64,000 bases of DNA, taken from the NCBI GenBank assembly GCA_028703445.1, contig JAQVMW010000008.1, positions 6,223 to 70,222 of the forward strand. Direction: 5' to 3'. The notes under the pieces were generated by a model, which saw only the letters and a list, made by a program, of their open reading frames with translations, ran no database searches and was not told the origin of the DNA. The first letter of the stretch is position 1, and every line of letters starts with the position of its first letter. Source of the DNA: Candidatus Peribacteraceae bacterium. GTDB lineage: Bacteria; Patescibacteriota; Gracilibacteria; Peribacterales; Peribacteraceae. A program made the position numbers and the translations under genes. Below are positions 53,094-62,472 of the stretch, piece by piece.

Positions 53094-54794
53094 TTAATAC
53101 ACTTCCTTCAAATAACACTCTTCGCAATACACAATCTCCGGCCGTTCGGGCGCATACGTCGTCTGCATCTCCTTTCCGCACTTCATGCAGGGGCGGGCCC
53201 AGAGATGGCGGGGGTTTCGAAGCTGCATCCGCGCAGCATGACGCACGTCAAAGTGCCGGCGCGGGAGCGGAATATTCAACTTCCGATAGAGAGTGAGCTC
53301 GCTTGGCTGAATTCTGAATAACTTTCCCGTGACCTCACAGCGGATGGCCCACTGGAGCACATCATCCGGAACAGATTCGATGGACTCGGGAAGGAGTTTG
53401 CCATCAATCACCTTACTCACCGCGGACATTTCTTCCTGCCGATCCCGCCACTTCCACCCGCGCTGGAGCACCTCCTTCTTCGTGAGTGGAAAATAATCCT
53501 GTGCGACGGTCTCGTTGTAGGCAAAGGCGGAGACAGTGGGCGGAAAAAACTCCCCCCAGATCCCCTCTTCGCGCATCTGCCCGATAATGCGCGGCATCAA
53601 CTGCTCGTATTCTTCTTTGAAATACTGCTTGTTCAGGATGCAGTGCTGCATTTTCTTGAGACCCACGCAGCCGAAGGAATCCCTGGTGCCCTGGAGACAG
53701 TAGATGGAATAGCAGAGATTGCTGGCCCCGAATGACTGGTAGTAACAGGCAATGAGGTGGTCCACGCCCGCCCCCACGTAGGCGCAGTTGTAGACCAATG
53801 TCATGTGATCGCCCCACGCATCGATATCTTGTGCATCCGTCCCGCCCATGATGCAATTCGTGCAGTACCGACCATCCCGCATATCCATGCAATCGAAAGA
53901 ATCGTGGACATTCTTGCAGGACGTGAGGTTGTCGCCCGTCGCCTCCTCGCTCATCACATTGCGCATGGCCTTGCGCGGATGCGTAAGGAAAAATGCTTCG
54001 GCCTGTTCCCTCAACGCACGAATACCGGAGAATGTATGAAGGTTCATTGCTGTCCTCTGCTGCTCGTACTCTTCCTTGGAAAAAGGCTTATTGAAGATGT
54101 GATGGTCCTTCTGATGCAGGTTCGTGCACCCGATGCAGTTCCGGCAGCTCGAGCAATCGAGCAGGAACATGGAATCCGAACAGTTGTTGCAGAAACGTGA
54201 ATGCCGCAAGTTGAAACAACCCTGACAGTGGATACACTCGTAGCAGAGTTCGCACTGCTTGATGTAGTAGAAATCAGAACAGTCCCGAATGAGCGCGTAG
54301 ACCTCTCCATAATAGGAATCTTGCGCCTGCTCTCCATCGAAGATGAGATAACAATTCTTCAGACGGTAGCCGTCGTGGGCATAGTCGCTGTTGATATTGT
54401 CATTGAGCGCGAGGATGGAAATCTTGGGGACAGCATACCAGAGATCGCGAAACTGATCGAAGCATGGCCGTGAGAAGTCGTACGCCCGGCCAAAGGAAAG
54501 CGGATCCCAGCTGTCACCCCACCAGCACGCAGGGCAGAGAACAGTGAAAGAAGAATCAGCGGGGTAGATGGAAATGATGTGTTTCTTGCAATGATCGCAC
54601 ATGCGCGGATACAGAGTCCTTTCATTACGCATAGCCAGTCGCCGCTGCTGGCGGCAATCGGGACAGAGCAAAGGCGGCGGCAGGGGCTCTTTCTTTCCGA
54701 CGAAGATTGGAGAAATCTTCTCGAGGAACCTAAGGTCGTCATCGGTGACCTCGAAGGGCTGCTTACACCACGCATTGCGACAGGATTGCTGCAT
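53094..54794 (-). CDS. Cys-rich family paralog P8
   Basis: It is 566 aa. The N-terminus is MQQSCRNAWCKQPFEVTDDDLRFL. The C-terminus is PCMKCGKEMQTTYAPERPEIVYCEECYLKEVY. Confidence 0.9.
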   Translation of the reverse strand: MQQSCRNAWCKQPFEVTDDDLRFLEKISPIFVGKKEPLPPPLLCPDCRQQRRLAMRNERTLYPRMCDHCKKHIISIYPADSSFTVLCPACWWGDSWDPLSFGRAYDFSRPCFDQFRDLWYAVPKISILALNDNINSDYAHDGYRLKNCYLIFDGEQAQDSYYGEVYALIRDCSDFYYIKQCELCYECIHCQGCFNLRHSRFCNNCSDSMFLLDCSSCRNCIGCTNLHQKDHHIFNKPFSKEEYEQQRTAMNLHTFSGIRALREQAEAFFLTHPRKAMRNVMSEEATGDNLTSCKNVHDSFDCMDMRDGRYCTNCIMGGTDAQDIDAWGDHMTLVYNCAYVGAGVDHLIACYYQSFGASNLCYSIYCLQGTRDSFGCVGLKKMQHCILNKQYFKEEYEQLMPRIIGQMREEGIWGEFFPPTVSAFAYNETVAQDYFPLTKKEVLQRGWKWRDRQEEMSAVSKVIDGKLLPESIESVPDDVLQWAIRCEVTGKLFRIQPSELTLYRKLNIPLPRRHFDVRHAARMQLRNPRHLWARPCMKCGKEMQTTYAPERPEIVYCEECYLKEVY

Positions 54795-54810
54795 CTAGAG
54801 AAAGTATAGC

Positions 54811-54907
54811 GTGTCACCCTGAGGAATCCCGCATATGCGGGACGTCTCGAAGGGCGGTACGCATCTTATGCTGCAACGTGTATGGTTCGAGACGCTTCGT
54901 TCCTCAC
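54811..54907. repeat. Pair of CTGAGG...TCGAAGG-type elements in opposite orientation, including a 16-nt perfect palindrome
   Basis: The first is gtgtcaccctgaggaa tcccgcatatgcggga cgtctcgaaggg (54811-54860). The second is the reverse-oriented ggttcgagacgcttcgttcctcacc (54884-54907). They lie between P9 and P8. Confidence 0.5.
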
Positions 54908-54924
54908 CATGACACGTTGCTTGG

Positions 54925-56598
54925 TTAATACACCTCCTTCAAGTAACACTCCTCGCAATAGACGATTTCGGGTCTGTTGGGTGCGTACGTCGTTTCGATG
55001 GGCTTTTTGCACTTGGCACAGGTGCGCTTGAAAAGCTGACGGGGATTGCGAAGTGCGAAACGCTCTCTCTGTCTCTGCACGAAACACTTACGCGGCAAAG
55101 GTAATTTCATGTCGCGGTAGAATTGGAGCTCCTGGGGAATGATCTTGAAGAGTTTTCCCGTTACTGCGCAGCGGAGAATTCTTTCGCAAATGGAATCGTC
55201 GGCATCCCGAATATCATCGGGAACCGGCACCTGCGGTCCGAGGTAGTTCTCCTGTCTCTCTTCGACCTCCTCCTCCTCCTCCTTCCACCGCCAGCCGTGA
55301 GCAATGGCCTGCTCCTTCGTGAGAGGAAAATACTCCTGCGCAATGGTTTCGTTGTACGCAAAAGGACTCATCTCTCTCGGAAAGAACTGCCCCCACTCTT
55401 TATGCTTCTTCATGTGAGCAATGAGTTTCGAAAGGAGTGTTTCGTACTCCTCCTTCGTGTACTGCTTGTTCAAGATGCAGTACCGCTTCTGCTTCAGGCT
55501 GACGCAGCCGAAGCAATCCTGGCAACCATGGCAGGTATCGCAGTAAAAGAGGTTTGCATTGTCATTCTGACAGGCATGGCAGGCAATGAGCCGATGATTC
55601 GGTCCGATGGTGAGACAGTTGTAGCAGAGTTCGGCGCGCGCACCCGCGTTGATCCCGCAGAAATTGCAGTCGAGGGAATCGGAGAAACTGTCGAGTGTGG
55701 CGCTATAGAGCGTGTCTTCACAGTTCTTCAGATCGTACCCGTCGTAGATATTCCTGCAGTTGTACAGATAGTCTCCGGTCACATTCTCGCAGTTGAAGCC
55801 GTGATAGTTCTTCACAATCTCCTTTCCGATCAGGGTATCCACCTTCTTCTTCGCGAGGGCAATCGTGCGGATGTTCCCGGTATTCAATTCCGCGATCTTC
55901 TTTCGATAGTCTTCCTTGCTGTGCGGAACATTGAAAATATGAAACTCCTTGTTCTTGAGTCCCACGCATCCGAAACAATCATGGCATCCCACGCAGTGCA
56001 CGAGGAACATCGACGAAGAGCAATTGTCACAGGTGCGTGAGAAGCTGAGCGAATGGCATTGGACGCAATCGATGCATTCGTAACAATATTCCGATCGATA
56101 GGTGTAGAGGCAATCGTAGCAATCTTTCGATTGCCACACGATATGACCGTACATGCAGTCTTCGTTCCCGACGTTCCCGAAGACAAGGTAACAATTGCGG
56201 CTGCCGTTCGACATGTTGCAGTAATCGCAGTTCTCGCAATTAACGTTCATGAACGCGATGCGTGGAACCGTGCGATGGAGAACGGCGACTTGCTCGAAGA
56301 ACGAACGCGAAAAGTCCGGGGCGATGCCGTAGTCGAGACCGTCCCACTTGTCGCTCCACCATTCCTGCAACCCATACACGGGAAAAGCGGTCCCTTCGTC
56401 GTAGACCGACAGTATTTTCTTGCCCGTCAGATCGCAGGTGCGATGGTAGAGATGGAAGAAGTTGCGGAACATGAGACGTCGCTGGCGGCGGCAGGCAGGG
56501 CACTCCACGGGATCCGGTACATCCAATGTTTTGTAGAGCTCCTGCTCCTTTGGGAGAAGTTCGAAGACAGCCGAACAATGACGACACGTTCTACCCAT
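54925..56598 (-). CDS. Cys-rich family paralog P9
   Basis: The ORF extends to 56640, but ATG 56598 (MGRTCRHCSAVFEL) aligns with the family N-terminus. The C-terminus is TCAKCKKPIETTYAPNRPEIVYCEECYLKEVY. Confidence 0.9.
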   Translation of the reverse strand: MGRTCRHCSAVFELLPKEQELYKTLDVPDPVECPACRRQRRLMFRNFFHLYHRTCDLTGKKILSVYDEGTAFPVYGLQEWWSDKWDGLDYGIAPDFSRSFFEQVAVLHRTVPRIAFMNVNCENCDYCNMSNGSRNCYLVFGNVGNEDCMYGHIVWQSKDCYDCLYTYRSEYCYECIDCVQCHSLSFSRTCDNCSSSMFLVHCVGCHDCFGCVGLKNKEFHIFNVPHSKEDYRKKIAELNTGNIRTIALAKKKVDTLIGKEIVKNYHGFNCENVTGDYLYNCRNIYDGYDLKNCEDTLYSATLDSFSDSLDCNFCGINAGARAELCYNCLTIGPNHRLIACHACQNDNANLFYCDTCHGCQDCFGCVSLKQKRYCILNKQYTKEEYETLLSKLIAHMKKHKEWGQFFPREMSPFAYNETIAQEYFPLTKEQAIAHGWRWKEEEEEVEERQENYLGPQVPVPDDIRDADDSICERILRCAVTGKLFKIIPQELQFYRDMKLPLPRKCFVQRQRERFALRNPRQLFKRTCAKCKKPIETTYAPNRPEIVYCEECYLKEVY

Positions 56599-56705
56599 GC
56601 ATGGAACGGAGAACATGGCTCCATGAAAACAAGAAACCACTTGTCCATCCAGAATCTTTTTGGAGCGTTGCTACGGAACAAAAATCGCTGGTACGATGAC
56701 CGCCC

Positions 56706-56993
56706 ATGATCAAGAAACCAGCCCGCATCACATTGGCCATCGTTCTCGACCACATCCAGGCGATGCGCGGCGACTTTGCAACGCGGATGGACCGTATGGA
56801 ACAAAGGATGGACCGTATGGAGTCCCGCATGGATCGTATGGAGGGGAATATCGACCACCTCAAAGAAAACATGCGACGGATGGATCGGAAAGTTGACCTG
56901 ATTTCAACGCAAGTTACAAACATCGATGCTCGCCTCGACGATCTGGAGGTCGTACAAGTGCCGAAGCTGAAGAAAGCTGTGAGCATGCGCTAG
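56706..56993 (+). CDS. Small coiled-coil protein with three tandem RMDRME heptads
   Basis: The 95 aa sequence contains ...ATRMDRMEQRMDRMESRMDRMEGNIDHLKENMRRMDRKV... It has a 3 x 21-nt repeat at 56784-56846. Its stop overlaps the convergent stop of P10. Confidence 0.5.
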   Translation: MIKKPARITLAIVLDHIQAMRGDFATRMDRMEQRMDRMESRMDRMEGNIDHLKENMRRMDRKVDLISTQVTNIDARLDDLEVVQVPKLKKAVSMR

Positions 56994-58684
56994 TAGACGG
57001 AGGCGAGATAGCACTCCTCGCAATACACGATCTCCGGCCGCTCCGGTGCGTAGCTCGTAGCAATTGGCTGTTGGCATTTGGCGCATGTCCGCTTCCAGAG
57101 CTTGCGGGGGTTTCGGAGCGCCATGCGCTCCTTGTGACGCTGGTCGGGGCATTTGCGCGGAAGAGGCAGGCCCACCTCGCGGTAGAACTTGAGTTCCTGC
57201 GGGATGATTTTGAAGGGACGGCCGGTCACGGAGCACTGCAGGATTTTCTGGCAGATGGAATCATCGATATCCGTGATCTTCTTCGTGAGATCGATCGGGG
57301 GACCCAAATACTTGTCGCGCGCCTGCTCCTCATCCCGCCACTGCCATCCCCTCTCTCTGACTTCGCTCTCTGTGAGCGGAAAGTACTCCTGCGCCACCGT
57401 TTCGTTATAACCGAAAGGACTCAATGGGCTCGGAAAGAATTCGCCCCACTCCTTGGTTTTGCGCATATGCTCAATGATCTTCGGCACCAACGCCTCGTAC
57501 TCCGCCTTCGTGTACTGCTTGTTGAGGATGTAGAACTCCGCATTCTTGAGCCCAATGCACCCGAAAAGGTATTTGGAGCCGAAGCAGCTGTCACAGTAGA
57601 GCGCGTCGGAGACTCGGTTACAGAAGCGCGAGAAGAGCAGGCACTGATCCTGGTACGCGCCGAGGTAATCGCAGCACAGCTCATTCTCCTCTGTATAGTT
57701 ATTGTCGTAGCAGTCTTTCAGGTCGACGACCTGCGCGCAGTAGCGGCAGTCCTGCGAGCGGTCGGCGTAGTACGCATCGCGGACGTTGCGGCACTGGTAC
57801 ACGTAGTTCCCGCTCACCTGTTCCGTCTGGGCGCTCTGCATGTAGCGGTGCGGGATCTTGAGGGAAAGATCGGCAAGCTGGGATCGCAGGAGCTCGTGCA
57901 CTTCGGGCTGCGACAGATCCAATTCTTTCCGTCTCTTCTTGAATTCCTCCTCCGTGTATTGCGTGTTGAGGATGCAGTAGCTCTTCTGCCGCAGTCCCGC
58001 GCAGCCGATGCAGTCGTGACAGCCCTGCAGGTCGTAGCAGTAGAGAAGATCTCGGCAGTTATGGCAGTCGCGGCAGTAGAAGCAGGAGTGCAGTTTGCGA
58101 CAATCCACGCATTCGTAGCACCGCTCGCACTCGCGCACGACGAGCGTGTCGACGCAATTCCTGGAGTAGTACGGGGAACCGTAGTAGCAGTCCTGCGAGT
58201 AGACGGACCCGAAGATCAGATAGCTGTCCTTCACATGCCCCACGTAGTTGCAGTAGTCGCTGTTCTCGGAATTCCAAACAGAGAGAGCCAACTGCGGCAC
58301 ATGATCCTGCAGGTCACGGTACTGTTCGAAGAACGGCCGGGAGAAATCGAAATTCAAAGCGAAGGTCCTTCCATCCCACTTGTCGCTCCACCATTCTTCG
58401 TATGCGTAGACGGGATTTTTGGCATCGACGGAGAAATTAGAAATAATCTGCTTGCCGCTAAGATCGCACTTGCGATGGTAGAGCGTACGTTCGTTGCGGA
58501 AGGAAAACCTCCGCTGCCGGCGACAATCCGGACAGAGGGTAGGGGGAGGAACCGATTCTTTCTTGCCCGCGAAGACAGGCGATACCTTCTCGTAGAACGC
58601 CAGGTCGTCTTTGGTCACCTCGAACGCCGATGAGCATTGGCGGCAGGTTTTCCCTGTAGTGAGCGTGGTCGAACTATGCATCAT
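56990..58684 (-). CDS. Cys-rich family paralog P10
   Basis: The ORF extends to 58777, but ATG 58684 (MMHSSTTLTTGKTCRQCSSAFEVTKDDLAFY) fits the family. It overlaps the P11 stop as ATGA. The C-terminus is TCAKCQQPIATSYAPERPEIVYCEECYLASVY. Confidence 0.9.
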   Translation of the reverse strand: MMHSSTTLTTGKTCRQCSSAFEVTKDDLAFYEKVSPVFAGKKESVPPPTLCPDCRRQRRFSFRNERTLYHRKCDLSGKQIISNFSVDAKNPVYAYEEWWSDKWDGRTFALNFDFSRPFFEQYRDLQDHVPQLALSVWNSENSDYCNYVGHVKDSYLIFGSVYSQDCYYGSPYYSRNCVDTLVVRECERCYECVDCRKLHSCFYCRDCHNCRDLLYCYDLQGCHDCIGCAGLRQKSYCILNTQYTEEEFKKRRKELDLSQPEVHELLRSQLADLSLKIPHRYMQSAQTEQVSGNYVYQCRNVRDAYYADRSQDCRYCAQVVDLKDCYDNNYTEENELCCDYLGAYQDQCLLFSRFCNRVSDALYCDSCFGSKYLFGCIGLKNAEFYILNKQYTKAEYEALVPKIIEHMRKTKEWGEFFPSPLSPFGYNETVAQEYFPLTESEVRERGWQWRDEEQARDKYLGPPIDLTKKITDIDDSICQKILQCSVTGRPFKIIPQELKFYREVGLPLPRKCPDQRHKERMALRNPRKLWKRTCAKCQQPIATSYAPERPEIVYCEECYLASVY

Positions 58685-60357
58685 ACGAGCGATTGCTGAT
58701 AACACTTTTCGCAATACACTTTCTCCGGACGAGCCGGTGCGTAGCTGGTTTGAATCGGAATGCCGCATACGCCACACGTGCGTTCGTAGAGGATGCGCTT
58801 ATTACGCATCTGGAGCTGCTTGCGGTACCGCGTGAAAAAACTGGTCCGAGGCAGCGGCACATGCAACTGTCTGTGGAATGTGAGCTCCTGTGGAATAATC
58901 TTGTACTGCCTGCCGCTCTCGCCGCACGTGAGTATTTTCTTGCAGATATCGTCGGTGACATCGTCGATGTTGTCTGGAATTTCGACTTTTGGGCCAAGGT
59001 ATTGATCCTTCTTCTCCACGGCATCGAACCACCGCCAGCCTCGTGCCAGAACCTCTTTTTTCGTAAGCGGGAAATAGTCCTGGGCCAGCGTCTCGTTGTA
59101 GGCAAAACAGGATGTCTCGGTCGGAAAGAATTCACCCCATTCGTTCGTCGATCGCATGTGTTGGATGATCTTCGGTACGAGTGTTTCGTACTCCTCTTTG
59201 GTATATTGCTTATTGAGAATGCAGTACTCCTTGCGTCGCAGGCCGACACAGGCGAAGCAGTGCTTCGAGTGGTGACACAATTGGCAGTAGATCATGTCGC
59301 TCATGCTCGCGAGCGTATGGTTGCAGAAGTAACAACTGTGGATCTCATATCCCGCGACCGAGCACTCGTAGAGCCTCTCCGCTTCGCCGCACTCGTGAAT
59401 GTCCATGCAGTTTTTCAGCGGCATGAATCCCTGAAAGACGTATCTGCAATCCCACAGATCTTCGCTGTCGAAGCAGTAATAGGCATTCTTACAGTTGACC
59501 AGATAATCGCCGACTACGTCTTCGTTCTGCACGCCGTGCATATACTTTTGCGGAAACTCCAGCTTGAGTGTGTCAAAGCGTTGTCGCGCGGACTCCACGG
59601 CTGAGTAATGGCCAAGCATGGCGCGAAACTTCTCAAATTCCTCTTTCGTCACTCGCTTGTTCTCCACGAAATACTCCTTATTTTTCAGGTTACTGCACAT
59701 CAGGCATTTTTTGCAGCCCGTGCAGTTTTTGAGGAACATTGATTCCGAGCAGTTGTCGCAATCCTGCAGATACGATGAGCCATAACATTTCACGCAGTCG
59801 ATGCATTCGTAGCAGAGTTCCGATTTCCGTGCGCGAAAGCATCCGACGCAATTCACGCACTGGTTACAGCTGTAGCTGTAGTAGCAGTCCCGGTTTTCAT
59901 CGGAGTCAAAGATCAGATAGCAGTCCTTGTTCTTCCCTGCATAGTTCGTGTAGTCGCAGTTTTCATCGAACTCGTAACCCGTCATCAGATTGGGTCGGGG
60001 TACAACATCGAAGAGCTCTTTCCACTGCGCGAAGAACGGCCGGGAGAAATCGAAATCCCGCTGGTATGCATGCGGATCCCACTTGTCGCTGTACCAGTCC
60101 TCCTGGGCATAAACTTTGTAAGGGGAAGAGGGATGGATGTTGGAAATGATCTGCGCTCCCGTGAGGTCGCACTTCCGCTCGTAGAGGTTGACATGGTTGA
60201 CATGCGTTTGCCTGCGCCGGAGCCTGCAGTCAGGACAGAGCGTGGGAGGAGGAATCGGGAGCTTCTGCCCTCCGATTACCGGACTCAAGGAATCGAGCAT
60301 CGCCAGATCATCCTTCGTCACCACGAATGCCGATGAGCAGTGCTTGCAGGCGGGCAT
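58681..60357 (-). CDS. Cys-rich family paralog P11
   Basis: The ORF extends to TTG 60429. ATG 60357 (MPACKHCSSAFVVTKDDLAML) aligns with the family. The C-terminus is TCGVCGIPIQTSYAPARPEKVYCEKCYQQSLV. Confidence 0.9.
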   Translation of the reverse strand: MPACKHCSSAFVVTKDDLAMLDSLSPVIGGQKLPIPPPTLCPDCRLRRRQTHVNHVNLYERKCDLTGAQIISNIHPSSPYKVYAQEDWYSDKWDPHAYQRDFDFSRPFFAQWKELFDVVPRPNLMTGYEFDENCDYTNYAGKNKDCYLIFDSDENRDCYYSYSCNQCVNCVGCFRARKSELCYECIDCVKCYGSSYLQDCDNCSESMFLKNCTGCKKCLMCSNLKNKEYFVENKRVTKEEFEKFRAMLGHYSAVESARQRFDTLKLEFPQKYMHGVQNEDVVGDYLVNCKNAYYCFDSEDLWDCRYVFQGFMPLKNCMDIHECGEAERLYECSVAGYEIHSCYFCNHTLASMSDMIYCQLCHHSKHCFACVGLRRKEYCILNKQYTKEEYETLVPKIIQHMRSTNEWGEFFPTETSCFAYNETLAQDYFPLTKKEVLARGWRWFDAVEKKDQYLGPKVEIPDNIDDVTDDICKKILTCGESGRQYKIIPQELTFHRQLHVPLPRTSFFTRYRKQLQMRNKRILYERTCGVCGIPIQTSYAPARPEKVYCEKCYQQSLV

Positions 60358-60438
60358 AGACAAAAAATGCTGGGCATACAATCCGGCCCCAGCATCCAAA
60401 GTCTGGAACGTATAGTCATCATTGTCCAACAGTCTGAG

Positions 60439-60507
60439 GGAATATTCCTATTTTTCCGCTTTAGTAAGCCATAAAACTACATACAAATAGTGTAGAAAAT
60501 ATTCTAC
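60439..60507. promoter_or_regulatory. Palindromes in the divergent spacer upstream of P11 (candidate operators)
   Basis: These are ggaatattcc (60439-60448, perfect 10-mer) and gtagaa aata ttctac (60492-60507). The spacer is AT-rich. Confidence 0.3.
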
Positions 60508-60555
60508 AACAGTGCTATGTTAACCTGTGACTATTAACAATTGACCATTAACTTT

Positions 60556-60930
60556 ATGAAAACTTTTCGATTCCGTGACTTCCAAGTGTACCGAGACGCG
60601 CGAAAATTCAGAAAGAAGGTAGCTTCTATCCTGAAATTGTTTCCCACCACCGAACGCTACCGATTGGTCGATCAAATTCACCGCTCATGCCTCTCTGTGC
60701 TCCTCAACATCGCAGAGGGTTCAGCCAAACGATCGGATGCTGACTTTGCCCGTTTTCTTGAGATGTCCATTTGCTCACTTAATGAGTGCGTCGCGGGATT
60801 CGACACTGCGTACGACGATGCCTTGGTAACCGAAGAAATTCGATTGGACGTCGAAAAAGCAGCCGAACTCCTTGTGAAGCAACTTGGCGGCTTCATCAAA
60901 TCCCTCCGTTCAGAAAAAGTTAAATGTTAA
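60556..60930 (+). CDS. Four-helix-bundle protein (23S rRNA intervening-sequence protein family, TIGR02436-like)
   Basis: It carries FRDFQVYRDARKFRKKVASILKLFP...ERYRLVDQIHRSCLSVLLNIAEGSAKRSDADFARFLEMSICSLNE. ATG 60556 is preferred over TTG 60541. Confidence 0.8.
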   Translation: MKTFRFRDFQVYRDARKFRKKVASILKLFPTTERYRLVDQIHRSCLSVLLNIAEGSAKRSDADFARFLEMSICSLNECVAGFDTAYDDALVTEEIRLDVEKAAELLVKQLGGFIKSLRSEKVKC

Positions 60931-60949
60931 CTGTTAATTGTTATCAGTT

Positions 60950-61705
60950 ATGCTTACCGATCTCCTCAAACTCGGCCTCAGCGATGAAGAAGCCAAAGTC
61001 TACCTCGCCTGCCTCGAAGTGAACGGCGGAGCGGTTTCCGTCATCGCGCGCAAAGCCGGAGTGCACCGCGTCAGCTGCTACCACACGCTGGAGAAGCTGC
61101 TCCAGAAAAAACTCCTGAGCCAGTACAACCGAAACGGCATCAAGTGCTTCGCTCCCGAGCCGCCCGAGCGCCTGCAGGAGCTGGAGCTTGAAAAGGTGAA
61201 CATTGCGAAGTCGCTCATCCCCGATCTCAAGGCGCTCTTAAGCCCCCACGGGTTCCGTCCCAAAATCCGCTCGTACGAAGGGCGCGACGGCGTCGAGCGC
61301 GTGTTTCTGGAATCCCTTTCTGCTAAAGGGGAACTTCTCGGCTACACCAACTTAAAACAGGTCACGGAATTCTTTCCGGAATTCTTTCGCGAGTACACCA
61401 AAAAGCGCTTCGAGCGCCGTATCAAAGCGCGCTACCTCTCGCCCAACACCGTCGAGAGCGTAAAGGCAATCGAGCCGTTCCTGCCGAAGAACTACGATCC
61501 GTCCCTCATCGAAATCCTGCTCGTGAATCGCGAGCAGTTCCCCTTCGATACCGAGATCCTGCTCTTCGGCAATGCCGTTGGGGTGGTCTCGCTCAATCCC
61601 GACGAGCTCCTGGGGATCATCGTGGAAAGCGCCACGTTCACGAAGACGATGAAGGCGGTCTTCGACCTGGCGTGGCTCGGCGCGACGGCTTTCGTGGCGA
61701 AATAA
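60950..61705 (+). CDS. TrmB-family winged-helix transcriptional regulator
   Basis: It carries MLTDLLKLGLSDEEAKVYLACLEVNGGAVSVIARKAGVHRVSCYHTLEKLLQKKLLS. It is collinear with 44007-44768. Confidence 0.8.
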   Translation: MLTDLLKLGLSDEEAKVYLACLEVNGGAVSVIARKAGVHRVSCYHTLEKLLQKKLLSQYNRNGIKCFAPEPPERLQELELEKVNIAKSLIPDLKALLSPHGFRPKIRSYEGRDGVERVFLESLSAKGELLGYTNLKQVTEFFPEFFREYTKKRFERRIKARYLSPNTVESVKAIEPFLPKNYDPSLIEILLVNREQFPFDTEILLFGNAVGVVSLNPDELLGIIVESATFTKTMKAVFDLAWLGATAFVAK

Positions 61706-61819
61706 TAATTTGTCGCGAAGTTGTGGGTGCCTCCGGCGGGACCCACAACTGGAGCGACACCGCTGAAGGGAAAGGATGGCTCGTGGAAGGAAAACCGTTA
61801 GGTTTGCCTTCCACGAAGT

Positions 61820-62356
61820 TTACGCCCCCGTCGTGTTTTTGATGTACTGATTCGCCGCGAACGTCATCGAGAGGTACGGCTTGGCCGCATCGGTGTACTG
61901 CGCATGTTGATGGACATTCTGCTGCTGCCAGAGTCGCGTGACCTCGGAGCAGTCCATCGCGCCGTCGTAGCCGTTGTCCTTGTTCTGGACGACGCCGTTT
62001 TTGAGAAGTTTGAACGTCCAGTGCAGGTGCGGACCCGTGGAACTGCCCGTCTTGCCGCTCAAGGCCACCGGATCCCCCTGCGAAACCGACTGGCCGTTTT
62101 TCGCGGTGATCGTGGAACAGTGCGCGAGGGTACTTCGGCGCGTCGGTCCGTCAATAACCACGTACTTGCCGTATCCCGTCGCCCCGTCATCCTTCACTGT
62201 AGCTACTCCATCATGCGGCGCGAAGACCTTGGTCCCTTCCGGCACGCCGAAATCGAAACCGTTGTGCCCAAGCCAGCCATACTGCTGATAGAGATCTTTG
62301 TTCTGGCCGAAACCTTGAGTAACGGTGGGTGTGCCGGCGAGCGGGGAGAAGATCAT
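61820..62356 (-). CDS. M23-family metallopeptidase (no obvious signal peptide)
   Basis: It carries HNGFDFGVPEGTKVFAPHDG and GSSTGPHLHWTF (HxxxD / HxH motifs). Confidence 0.8.
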   Translation of the reverse strand: MIFSPLAGTPTVTQGFGQNKDLYQQYGWLGHNGFDFGVPEGTKVFAPHDGVATVKDDGATGYGKYVVIDGPTRRSTLAHCSTITAKNGQSVSQGDPVALSGKTGSSTGPHLHWTFKLLKNGVVQNKDNGYDGAMDCSEVTRLWQQQNVHQHAQYTDAAKPYLSMTFAANQYIKNTTGA

Positions 62357-62472
62357 CGGTGGGGTGGTAAGCGTATTGAGTGTTGATCACGCTCAAACAT
62401 CTGTCAAAGGGTAGTTGATAGCTGGTAGCCAGTAGCTTGGAAAACACATCCCTAACTACCAACTGCCAACTA

